Shown one piece after another: positions 1 to 13,023 of a stretch of DNA of 64,000 nucleotides (positions within the stretch are counted from its first letter, which is position 1; every line of letters starts with the position of its first letter). The position numbers were made by a program, and so were the translations under genes. Source of the stretch: Vicugna vicugna (Eukaryota); assembly GCA_013265495.1 (NCBI GenBank), contig MU057887.1, forward strand, positions 693,985-757,984, read 5' to 3'. The notes beneath the pieces were generated by a model that was not told where the DNA came from, made no database searches, and saw only the letters and a program-made list of their open reading frames with translations.

Positions 1-750
1 AGCCACGTGAGGGTTTTGGGACAAGGAGTGTGATAATCCAAAGTTTTCAAGGCTCCGTCTGGGTCCCAGGTGAGGCTGGGTGCAGGGAGGCACTGGGGCT
101 CTCCCAGCGATCTGGGCTGGAGATGACAGTGACCGTGTGGCCCCAGCAAGAGGGGCAAGCAATAGACAGATTCCGGATATGGCCTGAAGGTAGCGCCAGG
201 TTTTGCTGACGAGGTAGATGTGGAAGTCAGGATGACCTCATGGATTTTGACCTAAAGAACAAGAAGACTGGGGTTGTCATCAGGTGAGACAGGGGAGCCG
301 TGACATGGCAGCTTTGTGGAGATCAGAAGTTCGCTTTGACTTTAAGATTGAGGGGCTCACTGGGAGGAGAGTAAATGAGTGTGGGAGGCGTTAGCGTGTG
401 AATCAGAGTTGGAGCCAGAGACTGACTAGGTCCCCAAGGGCATGTGTGGAGACAGAGGACGCTGGAGACTGGGGGCCACGGCCTCCTGTGCTCAGAGGTA
501 GGAGAGATGCGAGGAGGCCACCTTGGAGGAGGAGGCCTTTCCAGGAGGAGGGGCCATGAGCCTTGTCACCGCTGCTGGGAGCCTAGTCAGATGAGGACCA
601 AATATTCACCATCGGATTCAGTAGCGCCCAGGCCGTCCCAGTGGAGCGGGATGGAGGGAAGGCACACCAGACGGCACGCTGGAGGCGGTGCTGGGAGCTC
701 CTTCTGAAAGATGTGCCGTGAGTGGGAACAGAGAAACACTCAGGCCCGTG
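1..750 (-). mobile_element. L2 LINE fragment
   Basis: Purine-rich, L2-typical segments (GGAGATGACAGTG, GTCAGGATGACC..GGATTTTGACC, GGAGATCAGAAGTTC). Heavily diverged. Confidence 0.55.
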
Positions 751-963
751 GGACGGGTGCCGTGGTCACGGCACTGCGAGTTTTTGCTTACTTTCCCACC
801 GATTGTGAATTTCTAAAGGCAAGAGCCTACAGGGGGTTCATTTGTGCCATGCCTGCCGCACCCCCGTCACCCTGTTTGTCTTTCTTTCTCACACACACCA
901 CCCCCCACATACACACCCCCTAGGACGCAGCCCCACTTGGCACCCAGGAGACTGCAGGAACAC

Positions 964-1010
964 AGTCACCTGCTCGCTTCCCGAGTCACCTGCTCACTTC
1001 CCGAGTCACC
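964..1010. repeat. 20-bp tandem repeat, 2.3 copies
   Basis: AGTCACCTGCTCGCTTCCCG, AGTCACCTGCTCACTTCCCG, AGTCACC. Confidence 0.9.
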
Positions 1011-2926
1011 AAGGGGTTAACGTGCGCCCAGAGCAGTCTCTTTGCCTCTCCCGAGGTTCTCCTGGGGATCATCTGTGTCCAGAGTGATTTGTGACCCTCT
1101 TAGAGCTGCTGTTAGGCACCTTTTGAAAAGCCTTTGATATCACCGGTACATTCATAAATTCTTCTTTTTTTTTTGAGAAAATGAAGTGTTTTAGCCAAAC
1201 AACAGTAGAAGCACATTGTGCAAAATGAGGAAAAAAAGAATCTGATGATGATATGAATCTTCCGACGGCCTCACCTGACAACCATAAATGCACAAAGGAC
1301 CCAGACACCCACTATCAGCCACTGTCACGGCCAGCGACCCCGGACGCCCCAGGGTCGGGTGTTCTGCTGGGAACGGTCAATCCATGCCTGAGGCCGAGAG
1401 CCCCACGTGTTGGGTCCCGATTGTCACAGTGGTCGTAAGCCCCCGGCCCTTGCCGTGTGCCAGGCACTCTTCCAGCAAGTGGTACGGACGCAGCATGTCA
1501 CTTCCTCCTCATGCAGCCTGGTGGGTGACAGTCCCCGTTCTCCAGGTGAGGAGACTGAGGCACGGAGCGGGTTCCAGGCTCAGGGGGCACGGTGCAGGCG
1601 TGCCCACAGCACATGGGACTTGATGTGGCGTTCCTGCTGCCATGCCCTTCCTGTGTGACCGTGGGCAGGCCGGAGCCTTTCTCTTCCAGGTCTGACCCAG
1701 TCCTGAAATGTCTCTGCCTCTCTGGCAGCAGTGAACAGGGTACACAGAGTTGGTGCATAGTAAGTGTTCAGTCGCTGGCTGGTCAAACGATTCTCTTTCT
1801 GGGGATTCCGTGCTGGAAGGGCCTGTGCGGGGCCTCGGCCAGGGATAAAGGGAACTGAAGACTTGGGGCCTTCACGCTGCAGCCCCGCCCAGGAGGCCGT
1901 CTCTGTCCCAGGTTGGCTCATGCTTAGACTTCTTGGAAAGGAAAGAAGAAGTGATGGTTCTCACCCAAACTCGGCGTTTCCCCTCCTTCTGAGATCCAGC
2001 AGCGACCCCACGGCTCCAGGAAAGGGTCTTGGCTCCTCTGGGGCCACTCGGCCACTGCCTCCCCTGGTGGCCTCCAGCGCGTTCCCCGCCTCCTTGGTTC
2101 TCACCCTCTCGGGAAAGCTGAGAACAGAAAGCCTCCTCGTGAACCCCTCCCTGAGGCCTGCTTCTCGCCAGGCCACCTTGTCCTTCAAAGTCCAGCTCCA
2201 GGCCAACTCCTTGGGGGAGCGTCCCGGGGGCCCTGCTGGGTCTGGGGGGAGCCTTTCCATTTAGTGCTACCAAAGCATCTCTGCTGACCTGTCCCGGCCT
2301 GTGCGCCTGTCACCTGTGTCTGCCTTCCCTGGGGGCCGGGAGCACCCGCTGTGGGCTCCCCAGCCTCCGCAGTCCGGGCTCCGTGCGCTCAGCTCAGCAC
2401 TGGCGTGGGGTCCGGGGCGCCCAGGCTGCACTCACCCCTGCGTGCCGGGCAGGCCTCCTAATCCCTTGGGGCCTAACTGCCTAACGTAGCGCAGCCTCGA
2501 CGCCTGGAGAGCAGAGGTAGGACCTGTCTGCTGTCTCCAGTCTTTAATTCTAAGTCAGGCCAAGCTGGCAGATGTGCTCATCTTGCCCTCCCGTGGCCTT
2601 TGCTCACCTTGGGGGCTTGCGAGGGGTTCGGCGTGGCTGGAGCACAGACAGTGCTGAGAGACCAGGCTGGACGGGGCAGGGGTGCATCTCACCTGCTGGG
2701 GGCCAGGGGTTGGGGGACGGGGCGAGCAGGGCTCCAGGCAGAGCCACAGTGTGACCCCTCACGGGATTTGCGTTCTGGAAGGCTTGCTCTTGCCGTGGTG
2801 GGAAGGTGCCTGGGGATGAGGAGGAAGGTGTGAGCATTCAGGTAGAAAGATGAGGCCTGAACTGAGGCCGGTGGGGTTGGGGGTGGAGCAGAGGAGAGTC
2901 TAGGGACTGAAAGGTAGAATTAGTCC

Positions 2927-3645
2927 TTTTTCATTGAAGTAGAGTTGATTTACAGTGTTATGTTAATTTCTGGTGGACAGCATGGTGATTCAGTTATACA
3001 TATATATTTTTTTCATTATAGATTATTACAAGATATTGAATATAGTTCCTTGTGCTATACAGTGGGACCTTGTTGTTTATCTATTTTATATATAGTAGTT
3101 TTTATCTGCTAATCCCAAACTCCTAATTTACCCCCCCACCCCCTTTCTCCCCTGGCAACCATAAGTTTGTTTTCTATGTCTGTGAGTCTGTTTCTGTTTC
3201 GTAAATAAATTGATTTGTGTCATTTTTTTAGATTCCACATATAAGTGATATCATATAATATTTGTCTTTCTCTGTCTGACTTACTTAGTGTGGTAATCTC
3301 TAGGTCCGTCCATGTTGCTGCAAATGGCATTATTTCATTCTTTTTTATGGCTGAGTAGTATTCCATTATAGGCATACACCACAACTTCTTTATCCAGTCA
3401 TCTGTCGATGGACACTTAGGTTGCTTCCATGTCTTGACTATTGTAAACCGTGCTGTTATGAATCCTGAGGTGCATGTATCTTTTCAAATTAGAGTTTTCA
3501 TCTTTTCTGGATATATGCCCAGGAGTGGGACTGCTGGATCATTTGGTAACTCTATTTTTAGTTTTTTAAGAACCCTCTATACTGTTTTCCATAGGGGCTG
3601 CACCAATTTACATTCCCACCAACAGTGCAGGAGGGCTCCCTTTTC
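2927..3645 (-). mobile_element. L1 3' end (L1MA9/artiodactyl-type 3'UTR plus ORF2 end)
   Basis: TTGAAGTAGAGTTGATTTACA...GTTCCTTGTGCTATACAGT...CATTCCCACCAACAGTGCAGGAGG. Minus ORF shows [22 protein letters not shown] (L1 ORF2 C-terminus). Confidence 0.92.
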
Positions 3646-6600
3646 AGAGTGAGTGGGTCTTGGTAGCAATCGAACAAGAGGGCTGGAAGCAAGTGGCCTG
3701 TGGAGGATGACCCCACATGCCTGGCTGGGTGACCTGGGAGAAGGGCAGGGTTTGGGGGAGCAGGGTGAGTGGGGGTTCCAATTGCCCACCTGGGAGCATG
3801 TGGAGAGATGTGAGGGGGCTGATGGGTTTGGGGTGGGGAGGGACCCCAGCAGGTAGGTGCGTGGGGGCTGATGCAGGCAGGAGGACACACAAAGGAAGAG
3901 GAAAGAATTTCTCCTCGTCCCCGGCACAGTCACACTTTCAGGGGCTTCCTAACAACAACGCACTGTGGGAATGTTTGTGACCGCGTCAGGGGAGGAATCT
4001 GAATGGTGTAGTGCCAAGCTGACACTTCTTTTCATATTTCTCCCCAGGGGAAAGGTGGATCCTGGGGGTTGAGTCTTAGCCCGTCCGCACTGTCTGGTTT
4101 GGCTCCCGGCAGACCTGCGGAGGGAGTGTGTTTATAGTAATCAAGAAATCAGGATGATGCGTTCTGCTGAGGCATGTTGAGGGCCATTTGGTATTTTAAA
4201 TATGCAGCCCAGACACCTGTCCTCCTTCCTTCCAAGCTCCTCCCTGGGTGTTTTTCGGGGCAAGAAGAGAAGACAGGGTTTCAGGAACTCCTTTCCTTCA
4301 CTGCCAATTACTGATGTGATTACCCTATAATTCCTTGCTGCGCTTTTTGCCTTTTATTTATGAGTCAGCCAAGGGCAGTGTATTCTGGAAGTTTCCTCCA
4401 CACCACGTCACGCTGTGTGACGAGAGCAGACGCTGTGGCATGGAGGGAGCTGGGCGTCGGGGTCAGTGCCAGCTGATGGACGCCGTGCGCCGTGCGCCGT
4501 GCGCTGTGTGGCCTGGGAGGTCAAGCCCGCCGAGCCGCAGGCTACTCCCCGGTGGAAGGAAGGTGATAGTCCTTCCTCCGCAGGAGTGTGGGGGGGACTG
4601 GACGGAGCAGTGGCCACATGGGCCCCGCAATTTCCACTCCCCCACCCTGCTGTGGACCTCTTTCCCAGCCCACCAGTACTCGAGTTTTTTTGCTTTAGAA
4701 GTACGGGAGTATTTCTTCACGTTCTTGATTTTGTCCTTTTTGCCTTTGGTCTGTGCTGTTAATCGTGGCCCGCAGAGAGCGGGGTTTTCATCGAGGAGTA
4801 TTCACTGAGATCTGCGTGGCGGTTTGCTTCTCTGCCCGGCCCGCTAGTGTTTGGCGAGACACCGAGGATCTCCTCTGAGCTCCTGGGTTCTCTGTCTCAG
4901 TGCCTTGTCCGCACAGGCTCACACTTCCCCTCCCACTCTGCGCGTGGCTCTGCGTGGCGGCCACCAGGCCAGACAGCGACACCTGGCTCTCATGTCTCCC
5001 CTTCCTCCTTCCACATGGTCAGCGTCTGAAAACCCGATGACCTTTGTCTGTCATCCACTCCTTCCCAGCGCTTTCATTTCTGGGTAATAATTCTCAACTT
5101 GATAACCTGTGCTTACTGCTTGGTCTTTAGTTTAGTCTCATGCGGCAGTTTGGTTGAGTGCCTCCTGTGTGTCAGGTCCTCAGTAGGACCAAGGGTGTGC
5201 TATGGTCCAGGAACCAGAGGCACAGGAGTGAGCAGGAGAGCCAGTGCCGCTGGCCTCTGGCCTCACAATTGCAGTGGGGAGACTGGTGACAACCAAGAAG
5301 GCAAACAACTCTACAACCTGATCTCAGCCAGTGATCGCACCTCGTTCGTTTTATGACGCAGACGTGACAGTCTTACCTCTGCCTTTTCTAACTCAAGTGA
5401 TCTCTGTCTTTTGAAAAGCGCGGCTAATTTCCACTGGCGCGAGGTATCAGGCAGTCTCTTGATTTATCATCTTGTTTGTAAAATACCCTCTGACAACCCT
5501 TGTCCACGCCGTCACACTGTCGGCGAGAATCATAGGCCTGTTGAGTCGGGGGCTGACCGCCAGGAAGACGGTGACTTGTACAGGGTCACACGGCTGGTGA
5601 GGAACAAGCTTAGGTACCCAAGGCTGTGACTCCAGGGCTCCTCACAGACGAGTGTCTCGTGGCGGAACCAGAAGACTCCTGCAGTCAGCCTTGTGGCTGG
5701 TTTTCATCCTTTCAAACAACTGATGGTCAATCAGTTGCAACCTCAAGCAGCAGAAGCTTGAGGCTGGCGTCAGGGGCCCGGAATCCAGACCACAGACCCG
5801 AAGAGGCGACAGAGGTCTGTCACTGGACTCAGTGCCCCGTGTTCAGGCTCCTGTATCCCCGGCACATCAGCTGCAATTTACAAAGCAGAGACAAGACATG
5901 AAGGTGAAATGCCTGAGGGGACCTACATTTTTCAAAGGGAAAAAAAGGCTTAATTATATCTTTAAGAGGCACAGACGCGCCGAGGAATACCAGCAGTGTC
6001 TGAGACCCCAAGCAGAAATGCCAAGGATGAGGATTTGGAAGATTAACACAGTTGAACTCAGCATCGTGGCCTTTTTTTTCCCCCCTGGGGCTCTTGAAAG
6101 GGAGGGAGGTAAACACCCCAGCAGGTGAGATGGACAAGGCAGGTGTGATGGAGACGCGTCTCTCCTCTGTCCTGCATTTTGCTGCTGGAATGTTCATTCC
6201 ACATCAAGCTGCTCTCGCTCAGAGCCTTCAGGACAAAACTTTGTCTTCCTTCCTAGGTTGCAGGGCCCTCAAGGATCCTTCCTTCCTTCCTCTGCTTCCA
6301 TCTCACTCAATAGTCGTAATGGGGCTCCCGCTAGGTCCTGCCCCAGACCCTGGGCTGGGGACAGTGGGACAGCAATAAACACAATGCAGACCCTCCCCCT
6401 GACGGGGGAGCCCTCCAGCACTGGGCAGATGGGGTGGGACAGCCGAGGGGACCAGGTGGCCCCGAGTGGGGCTGGGGAGGCTTCACAAAAGAGAATATAG
6501 GCAGTCGAGCGGGTCCCCAGTGCCTGGCACACCGCAAATGCCAACCACACGTCTGCAGTTGAGGGACGATGGAACTGGACCCCTGGTGGAGGTGCACTTT

Positions 6601-6990
6601 CTAATACTTGTGATGCCACATACGGGCGGCAAGTGTTTCCCTTCTTCCCTTCTTTGTTTCCCTGCACAGGGACGTTGGTGGTGGTGAGAGAACATGGGTC
6701 TAGAATCGGTGGTGGGAGGAAGCTAGGAGACTGCTGACCTGGATTCCCGGTTCTGTGAGCCTGACCAGGTGTGACGTCACTGCAGAAGCCCTGCACCACC
6801 TCCTTAGCCTCATCAGCCTGTCTTGCCCCAAGATTACACTGTTCCCAGAACTGGCCCAAACCTTTGTATTTTGACCATTGCACGTGTCCTGCCTGCCTCT
6901 TTAGTTCCTACTTAGTCTTCAAAATCCAATTTAAAGTCACTCCTTTGGTAGAATTTTCCTTAAACCTCCCCTCTGCAAAATAGCCTCTAT

Positions 6991-7059
6991 TGGATGGATA
7001 GATGGCTGGATGGCTGGATGGCTGGATGGGTAGATGATGGATGGATGGATGGATGGATG
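6991..7059. repeat. (GGAT)n-like microsatellite
   Basis: TGGATGGATAGATGGCTGGATGG...GGATGGATGGATG. Confidence 0.9.
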
Positions 7060-7938
7060 TGTAGAAAAGATATGAAGAAAGAAGTGATATCAGGAGAAAG
7101 TCTGGGTTCAGAAAAGGTGAGGACAAGGCGGTGGGACTCAAGCTTGAACTAACCTGGGAATAAAGGGAGCGTGTTCACGTGAACCAGAGCTCCTGGGGAG
7201 TGTGGCTAGGCTGAAGAAGTAGTGGTCAGGTCCACCGAATGGGCATGGCCTAGGAAGGAAGCCCTGGGTTGCCTAGGGTTATGGATAGAGTTGGAGACTC
7301 AATGTGGACTTCAGGTCAGAGGAGAGGGACAGAGAAGCTGCTCGTGGAGGGGTGGGAAGGGAGGCACATTCCCTGAGCACCTGCTGTGCGCTCACATACT
7401 ATGTCTTGTGTAGCCTTTGCCGCATGCCTATTTCTTCCGCCTTAATCGTCTTTCTTGTTAAATGCAAAGATCCCAAGAAAGTCCAGCCCGGAATGTGACC
7501 TGCATCTGACATCTAGCCTTGCGCCTCCTCCACCCCTTCTCAATGCCCTTTCCACCAGCGCGGCCCTTTGCTTCCTCTGGAGCTTCATTTGCCTCGGTTC
7601 TTAGTTGCTGACACTGGGAACAGTTAGCCAACAGCAGGGAGTTCTGGTCTTTGGCCATCGTGGACGCTAACCCTCTTGAACTGCTCTGACATGACACACT
7701 TACATACCTTTTCTACATATCCAGAGCCTTCCTTGCTCATGCATTTTTAAGTCAATTCAATAAAAATATTAGGCACTTGCTCTATTTTTCAATCATAAGA
7801 ATTCAGCTGTACTTTAACTGAAAGTCAGTTCACATTTCAATGCTGGGAAGCTTTTCAATGTCCAGCAGTCATTTCTGAGGGAGACAAAGCAAGATGGACC
7901 TGTGATGATTTTGTTTCTGATTTTGAAGTTTGCTGGGG

Positions 7939-8260
7939 GTTTTTTTCTTTTTTAAAAAATTTTTATTGAAGTGTAGTTGATTTACAATGTTAGTTTCAAG
8001 TGTACAGCAAAGTGATTCAGTTATACAGATTCATATGTATATTTTTTCAGATTCTTTTCCATTATGTTATTAAAAGGATTGAATATAGTTCCCTGTGCTA
8101 TATAGTAGGACCTTGTTGTTTATCTATTTTATATATAGTAACATGTGTCTGTTAATCCCCATCCCCTGATTTATCCCTTCCACCCCTTCCCATTGGTAAC
8201 CATAGTTTGTTTTCTATGTCCATGAGTCTGTTTTTGGTTTGTAAATAGAATTTGTATCAT
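7939..8260 (-). mobile_element. 5'-truncated L1 3' end with target-site duplication
   Basis: Poly-T followed by ATTGAAGTGTAGTTGATTTACAATG... Flanked by TTTTGAAGTTTGCTGG (7921-7936) and TTTTGAAGGTAGCTGG (8261-8276). Confidence 0.9.
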
Positions 8261-8659
8261 TTTTGAAGGTAGCTGGTTTTAATCCGTGTTTCACAGAAGA
8301 GGAAATAGAAATGCAGGAAGGTTAAATAACTAACGTGGGGCTCATCCTACTGACCCAGGTCAGTCGGACTCGAGCCCTGCGTCCCATAAAGCTGTGGGTC
8401 TCAGAGCCCAGCTAGAATGACCGTGTGCAGCTCCCTGTCCCCCAGCTCAGCTCACTGCAGCTGCACTCTCCCTTTCTTCTCTGTCCCCAGACCAAGCCCA
8501 CCAAGGGCAGCCCATCATTCTCTCTACCAATTTCCTTAGCCCAGTGCCCGGCACACGCAGGTGGGCCCAGAAACTTCTGTGGGTCTAAATTGCGGATGCT
8601 ATCCAAGCGCCCACAGGCAGCAAAAAATCTTTATTTAAATATGCATGTGCGGGATGGGA

Positions 8660-9115
8660 TTATTTTATAATATTTTGTACTGTTTATACTTTATATATAA
8701 ATGTATAATAATATATTTAATATATTAATATATAAATAGTATTTTCTATAAATTTATGTATTTATATATAAATTATACTTTCTATAATATATTTCCTATA
8801 AATTTATATAAATATGTTTATATATTTATATAGATACGTAAGTATTTCTATAATGTTTATATATTTATATAGATATGTAAGTATTTCTATAAAATAAGAT
8901 ATACAGGTATAAGCAGAAGTTTATTAAATATCAAATTAATATATATTTTATTTGTAATAGTATTTGTATATAAATTAGATTCTTGATCTATTTTAAATAA
9001 GTTTATTTATTTTTTCTATTATATGGTTATAATAGATTTCATAATTATACCATATATTTACATATCATATTAACTTATGATATTTAGTAATATAACAATA
9101 TATAGAAATAACTAT
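8660..9115. repeat. AT-rich low-complexity island with an internal 39-bp tandem duplication
   Basis: Almost entirely A/T. 8814-8852 and 8853-8891 are identical except for one C/T. Confidence 0.9.
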
Positions 9116-11756
9116 ATCCGATGGTAGCTTGCAGAAGCGTCCCCTGCACCTCTGTGGGTCCTCTGTCCTAGAATAGTTCCCAGGCTCACCCAGCCGCTCA
9201 CCGCTTTCGTTCGCGCACCCCGAGCCCCTCCTGGCCCCGCCCCTCCTGGCCCCGCCCCTGGGGTGGGTGGAGTCAGCAGGTAACCGAGGCCCCACTGAGG
9301 CTGGTGGGAGCCAGTGCTGGTCTCCGGCCTGGGGAGGGGAGAGGGTGACGCTGGTGGGAGGACTGCGGGGACAGGAGAGCATGCGGCCGTGCTCACCGCA
9401 GGGGCCACGCAGACCCGGCCGGACTGTGCCCAGGGAGGGGCAGGCAGGAGTGACCTGGTTATCAGGCGCCGCTGGCAAGCCGAGGGTGCTGACAAGCCCA
9501 CGTCTGTAGCCGGGAGCTGAAGATGTTCGTGATGTTCGAACAGGACAAAGCTGCGATGTCATCGCCAGGTGGGGACAGAGAAAGGGTGCTGACAGCCCGC
9601 AGAAGCCTGTGCTCACCTCTCCATCGGAGCTGAAGCCCTCGTTTGCTCAGAACAGCCTGGAATCCACCCCGCTGCGGGGCGTTTCACTCTGAAACAGAAG
9701 CCCAGGGAGTGAAGAGGGGGATGTCGTGCCCCAATTCCCCTTCTGAGCGTGAACGTGGTGGTCCTGCCCGGGAACTGGCTGCAGGAGCAAAAGGCCTTCG
9801 TGCCCCTTCAGTCTGCTCAGAGCCCTCGCTGCATGCCGGACGGGTGCCACGGGTCTGCCTACGCTGCCCTGTGCACATTTCCCAAGTCTGCAGCGGGGCT
9901 ATTTGTAAAAACTAGACTGGAATCAGCCATTTGATGCAGGAAACAATTGGGAGCTATTTCTCAGTAAGTGAGTGAGGAGCTGCAGGCTCCGAGGTGTTCC
10001 TGGTGGGCATCCTGGTGGTGGTGTGCCAGAACCATGGACTCTTTTCAACCTTGACTTCAGTGACGTCATGTGGGGAGCCTGAAATCGGCTGTGGAAATTG
10101 TCAGATGGTATAACCAGGCAGCCAACTCTTCCAGCCCAGCCCTGCACCACACGACTGTGAGGAAGTCCTAATATCAAAGTGGTTGGGATGCAGGAGAGAC
10201 CCTGGAGTCGTCCATCCCTAAATGTCAACAGCTATTGGTGACACCTGCTCTGTGCCCGGGACACAGGGAGGGGCACTTCCTCCAAGAAGCCTTTCCTGAC
10301 TCCCCCAGCCTTCCTTCCTTACATCCATTCTCGTGCCTGCTGGACAAGATACAGGTATCTATCAGAGCCTGCACTCACCTAGATCCTCCACTGGCTTTGA
10401 AACCAGGATTCTATCAGTTTTCTCTGTGTCACCACTCCCAGTCCCTGTTGAATGTGTGACTGAATGTGGAGCTGAAGAGCTGAGCCCGCCGGTCTGGTGG
10501 GGAGGTGGCCCCGCACACACCTGGAGCTCACACCTCAGCAGACGCTGTGCTGGGGTATCTGGACCATACAGCGCAGAAGCTCAGGGACACATGTCATCAT
10601 TTGCTCGCTGAGGAATCTGAAACCCAGAAAGAGTGGTGGTCTTGTCATAGTCCAGTCAGAATGGTAGCACTCACCCGAGCCTCACCCGTCTCATCCCAGA
10701 CACAGGAGCGTCCTCTCCATGAGCCTTTGGGCAGGTGCTCTGCATAGGCAGGCAGCGCCAGCAGGGTCTAGCCTGGAGACGTGGAGCTGCCAGGCGCAGG
10801 TTTAGGGAGAGTTATGGGATCCACTCTAACCCAATCTGTTTCCCTGCGAATCTGCAGAACGCCTGGGGCGGCTCCCTCTCCCACCCTGACCAAGCTGAGC
10901 TTGTCCGCCCTGCAGCCTTGGCAGGTGAGGCCACGGAGGCCTCTTCCTGCTGCCTACCCAGGTCCAGGCAGAACTCTATGCCACCCCCAGCAGCTTCACA
11001 CAGCAGGTTTCTGCTTCCCCAGAGGAGACACCTGTCACCCCTCTGCCACCTGTCCTCCTGATTTCCCTGACCCATTGCCGCTGCTCTGGCTGGACCCGAG
11101 CCACTTCTTGCTCACCTGTTAGCATGAACACTGAACGATGAGCTCACGGGTCACCCTTTTAAAAAGAGGTATGGAGAGTGCAGGGTATGTCCCCTAGGGA
11201 ATCGGGACATCTGTGCTCGGGTAGAGTTTCCAGGACCCCTCTACAATCCTCCGTAGGAGTGATTCACAGAAGAGGATCACACTTGTTTTGTTTCTTCCCA
11301 AGGGTCAGAACTGGGCATAGTGGGTAGGAGGGAGGGGGACAGGTGTCCACTGGGCATCTATACCAGGCCAGGCCCTTTATCTAGGCTCTTAGATCCTCTG
11401 TCAGGTAGGTGATGGTCGGGGACGAAACCTGGGCTCAGAGAGAACAGGGGCTGGCATTGCCCCTCAGCCATCTGACTCCAAAGCCCACACACACAGGCTC
11501 CCCCACAGTCTGAGCTGCACACAGTGAAAGGTTGCAGCCAGCTCACCATCACTCGTCCCTAGAGGTGGCAGCAGAGCCCAGGGGACCACTTGGAGGGAGA
11601 AGCCAGGCGGGAGACTCAAGCATCTGGCTCAGGTGGGACCTGACGTGGTCTCAGGCCTTCCCCAGCTCTGAAATTCCTGGAGGGGAAACATTTCCCACAT
11701 CTCCACGTTGCTTCATTCCCTGCTAACTTCCAGAACACCCTCTGCTCTCTCCCCAG

Positions 11757-11896
11757 GTGTCGTGCGCCAGGTGCGGCCCATCGTGGGCCCGTTTCACGCT
11801 GTCCTGAAGCTGGAGATGAACTATGTGGTCGGGGGTGTGGTGTCCCACCGAAATGTCGTCAACGTCCACATCTTCGTCTCTGAGTACTGGTTCTGA
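11757..11896 (+). CDS. FBLN1: Fibulin-1, terminal coding exon of isoform D
   Basis: Encodes (G)[49 protein letters not shown], recognised as the fibulin-1D C-terminus. Preceded by branch point TGCTAAC (11721-11727), a pyrimidine tract and acceptor CCCCAG ending at 11756 (phase-1 junction). TGA at 11894-11896. Confidence 0.97.
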
Positions 11897-12580
11897 GGGC
11901 TGGTGCGCAGTGCAGCCAAGTCTGTGCCTCCAGGCCAAGTCATTGCTGATAACGCCTGTGTCCTGCCCCTGTTTGTACCACCCAGACATACCTTGATTTT
12001 AAGCATTTGTTTGTAGTGTTAGGCTGATGTGTATTAACCTGGGCCAGATGTGTAAGTCCAGCTGATGTATTTTGGTGTTTGAATAATGAGTCCAATTACT
12101 TAACTGTTTGGTTGAAAACCTTGCTTATTTTTTTAATGCAAAAGTTAGATTTTGCTCCCTTTTTCTGCCTGGGGACTGGGCATTTTGCTAAGGACCAAGG
12201 GGAAAAAAAGACATTTTTCAGGGGGCAGCTAGTCCAAATGCCAAGGGAAGACCAGTTCTTGCCCTGATTTTATGAAGCTGAACATTTGGTACTTTTTTTT
12301 TTTTGCCAGTCAGAGTTTGTACGTGCAATTCTAAGGACATGGCTGCCAAAGAATAGCATGTATGACAAATTCTGCTCAGAATCAGTGTGCCACAGTGCCT
12401 CGGGGAGCACTTAGAAGGTGAATTACTGCTCTGCAGAAACAGAAAAATCCCTCAGTAAAGACACAGCCCATTAGGTTTGTGTGCAGCTCCAGTGTGTTCA
12501 TCAGGGGAATGGCTGGGTCTTCTGCACCTGCATCCACCTGTTATCATAGGTGGGGGAATAAACTGCTCTGTGATCCTCCT
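11897..12580 (+). other. FBLN1: FBLN1-D 3'UTR (end approximate)
   Basis: Repeat-free sequence between the stop codon and the first canonical AATAAA (12557-12562). Confidence 0.7.
12557..12562 (+). terminator. FBLN1: Polyadenylation signal AATAAA of FBLN1-D
   Basis: First canonical AATAAA seen after the stop codon, about 660 nt downstream. Confidence 0.75.
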
Positions 12581-12840
12581 GATGGCCTGTGCAAGGGAGT
12601 CTTTCAAGACAGGGTCTCCCCACCAGCACAGGGCCTGGGAATGTTCCCCGAAGCCTTCTCAGAGACCCTTCTGCCTCTGGGGTGGGGCCCAGTGTGTGTG
12701 TTGGAAAAGCGGCCAACCCACATCATTTCTGACAGCATGCCCGCCCCCTGAGGAGCTTGGCTCAAGCACCTTCTATGCCCCACACTCAGCCCAGCAGGCA
12801 CGTCTCTGAGCTCCGTTGACGAGGTCCCTCGTGGGTGTTC

Positions 12841-13023
12841 TTTTTTTTTTTAATTTTTTAAACACGATTTTTTTTCTTTTTCTTTTTCTTTTTCTTTTTC
12901 TTTTTGCACGGGAGGGGGAGGCAATTAGGCTAATTTATTTACTTGTTTATTATTATATTTTAATGGATCCAGGACCTTGTGCATGCTAAACATGCACTCT
13001 ACCACTGAGCTATACCCTCCCCC
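12841..13023 (-). mobile_element. Camelid tRNA-derived SINE (Vic-1-like), internally deleted
   Basis: Minus strand reads GGGGGAGGGTATAGCTCAGTGGTAGAGTGCATGTTTAGCATGCACAAGGTCCTGG, then AT-rich tail/poly-A. The B-box segment is missing. Confidence 0.85.

Larger units (their letters stand above)
1..11756 (+). other. FBLN1: 3' part of the last intron of FBLN1 isoform D (upstream exon lies outside the window)
   Basis: No upstream fibulin-1 coding sequence was recognised in 1-11756, and the region ends in the acceptor of the terminal exon. Confidence 0.8.

Noticed and set aside
12323..12329. GTGCAAT (miR-25/92 seed match) in the FBLN1 3'UTR
   Set aside because: A single 7-mer can occur by chance, and conservation cannot be assessed here.
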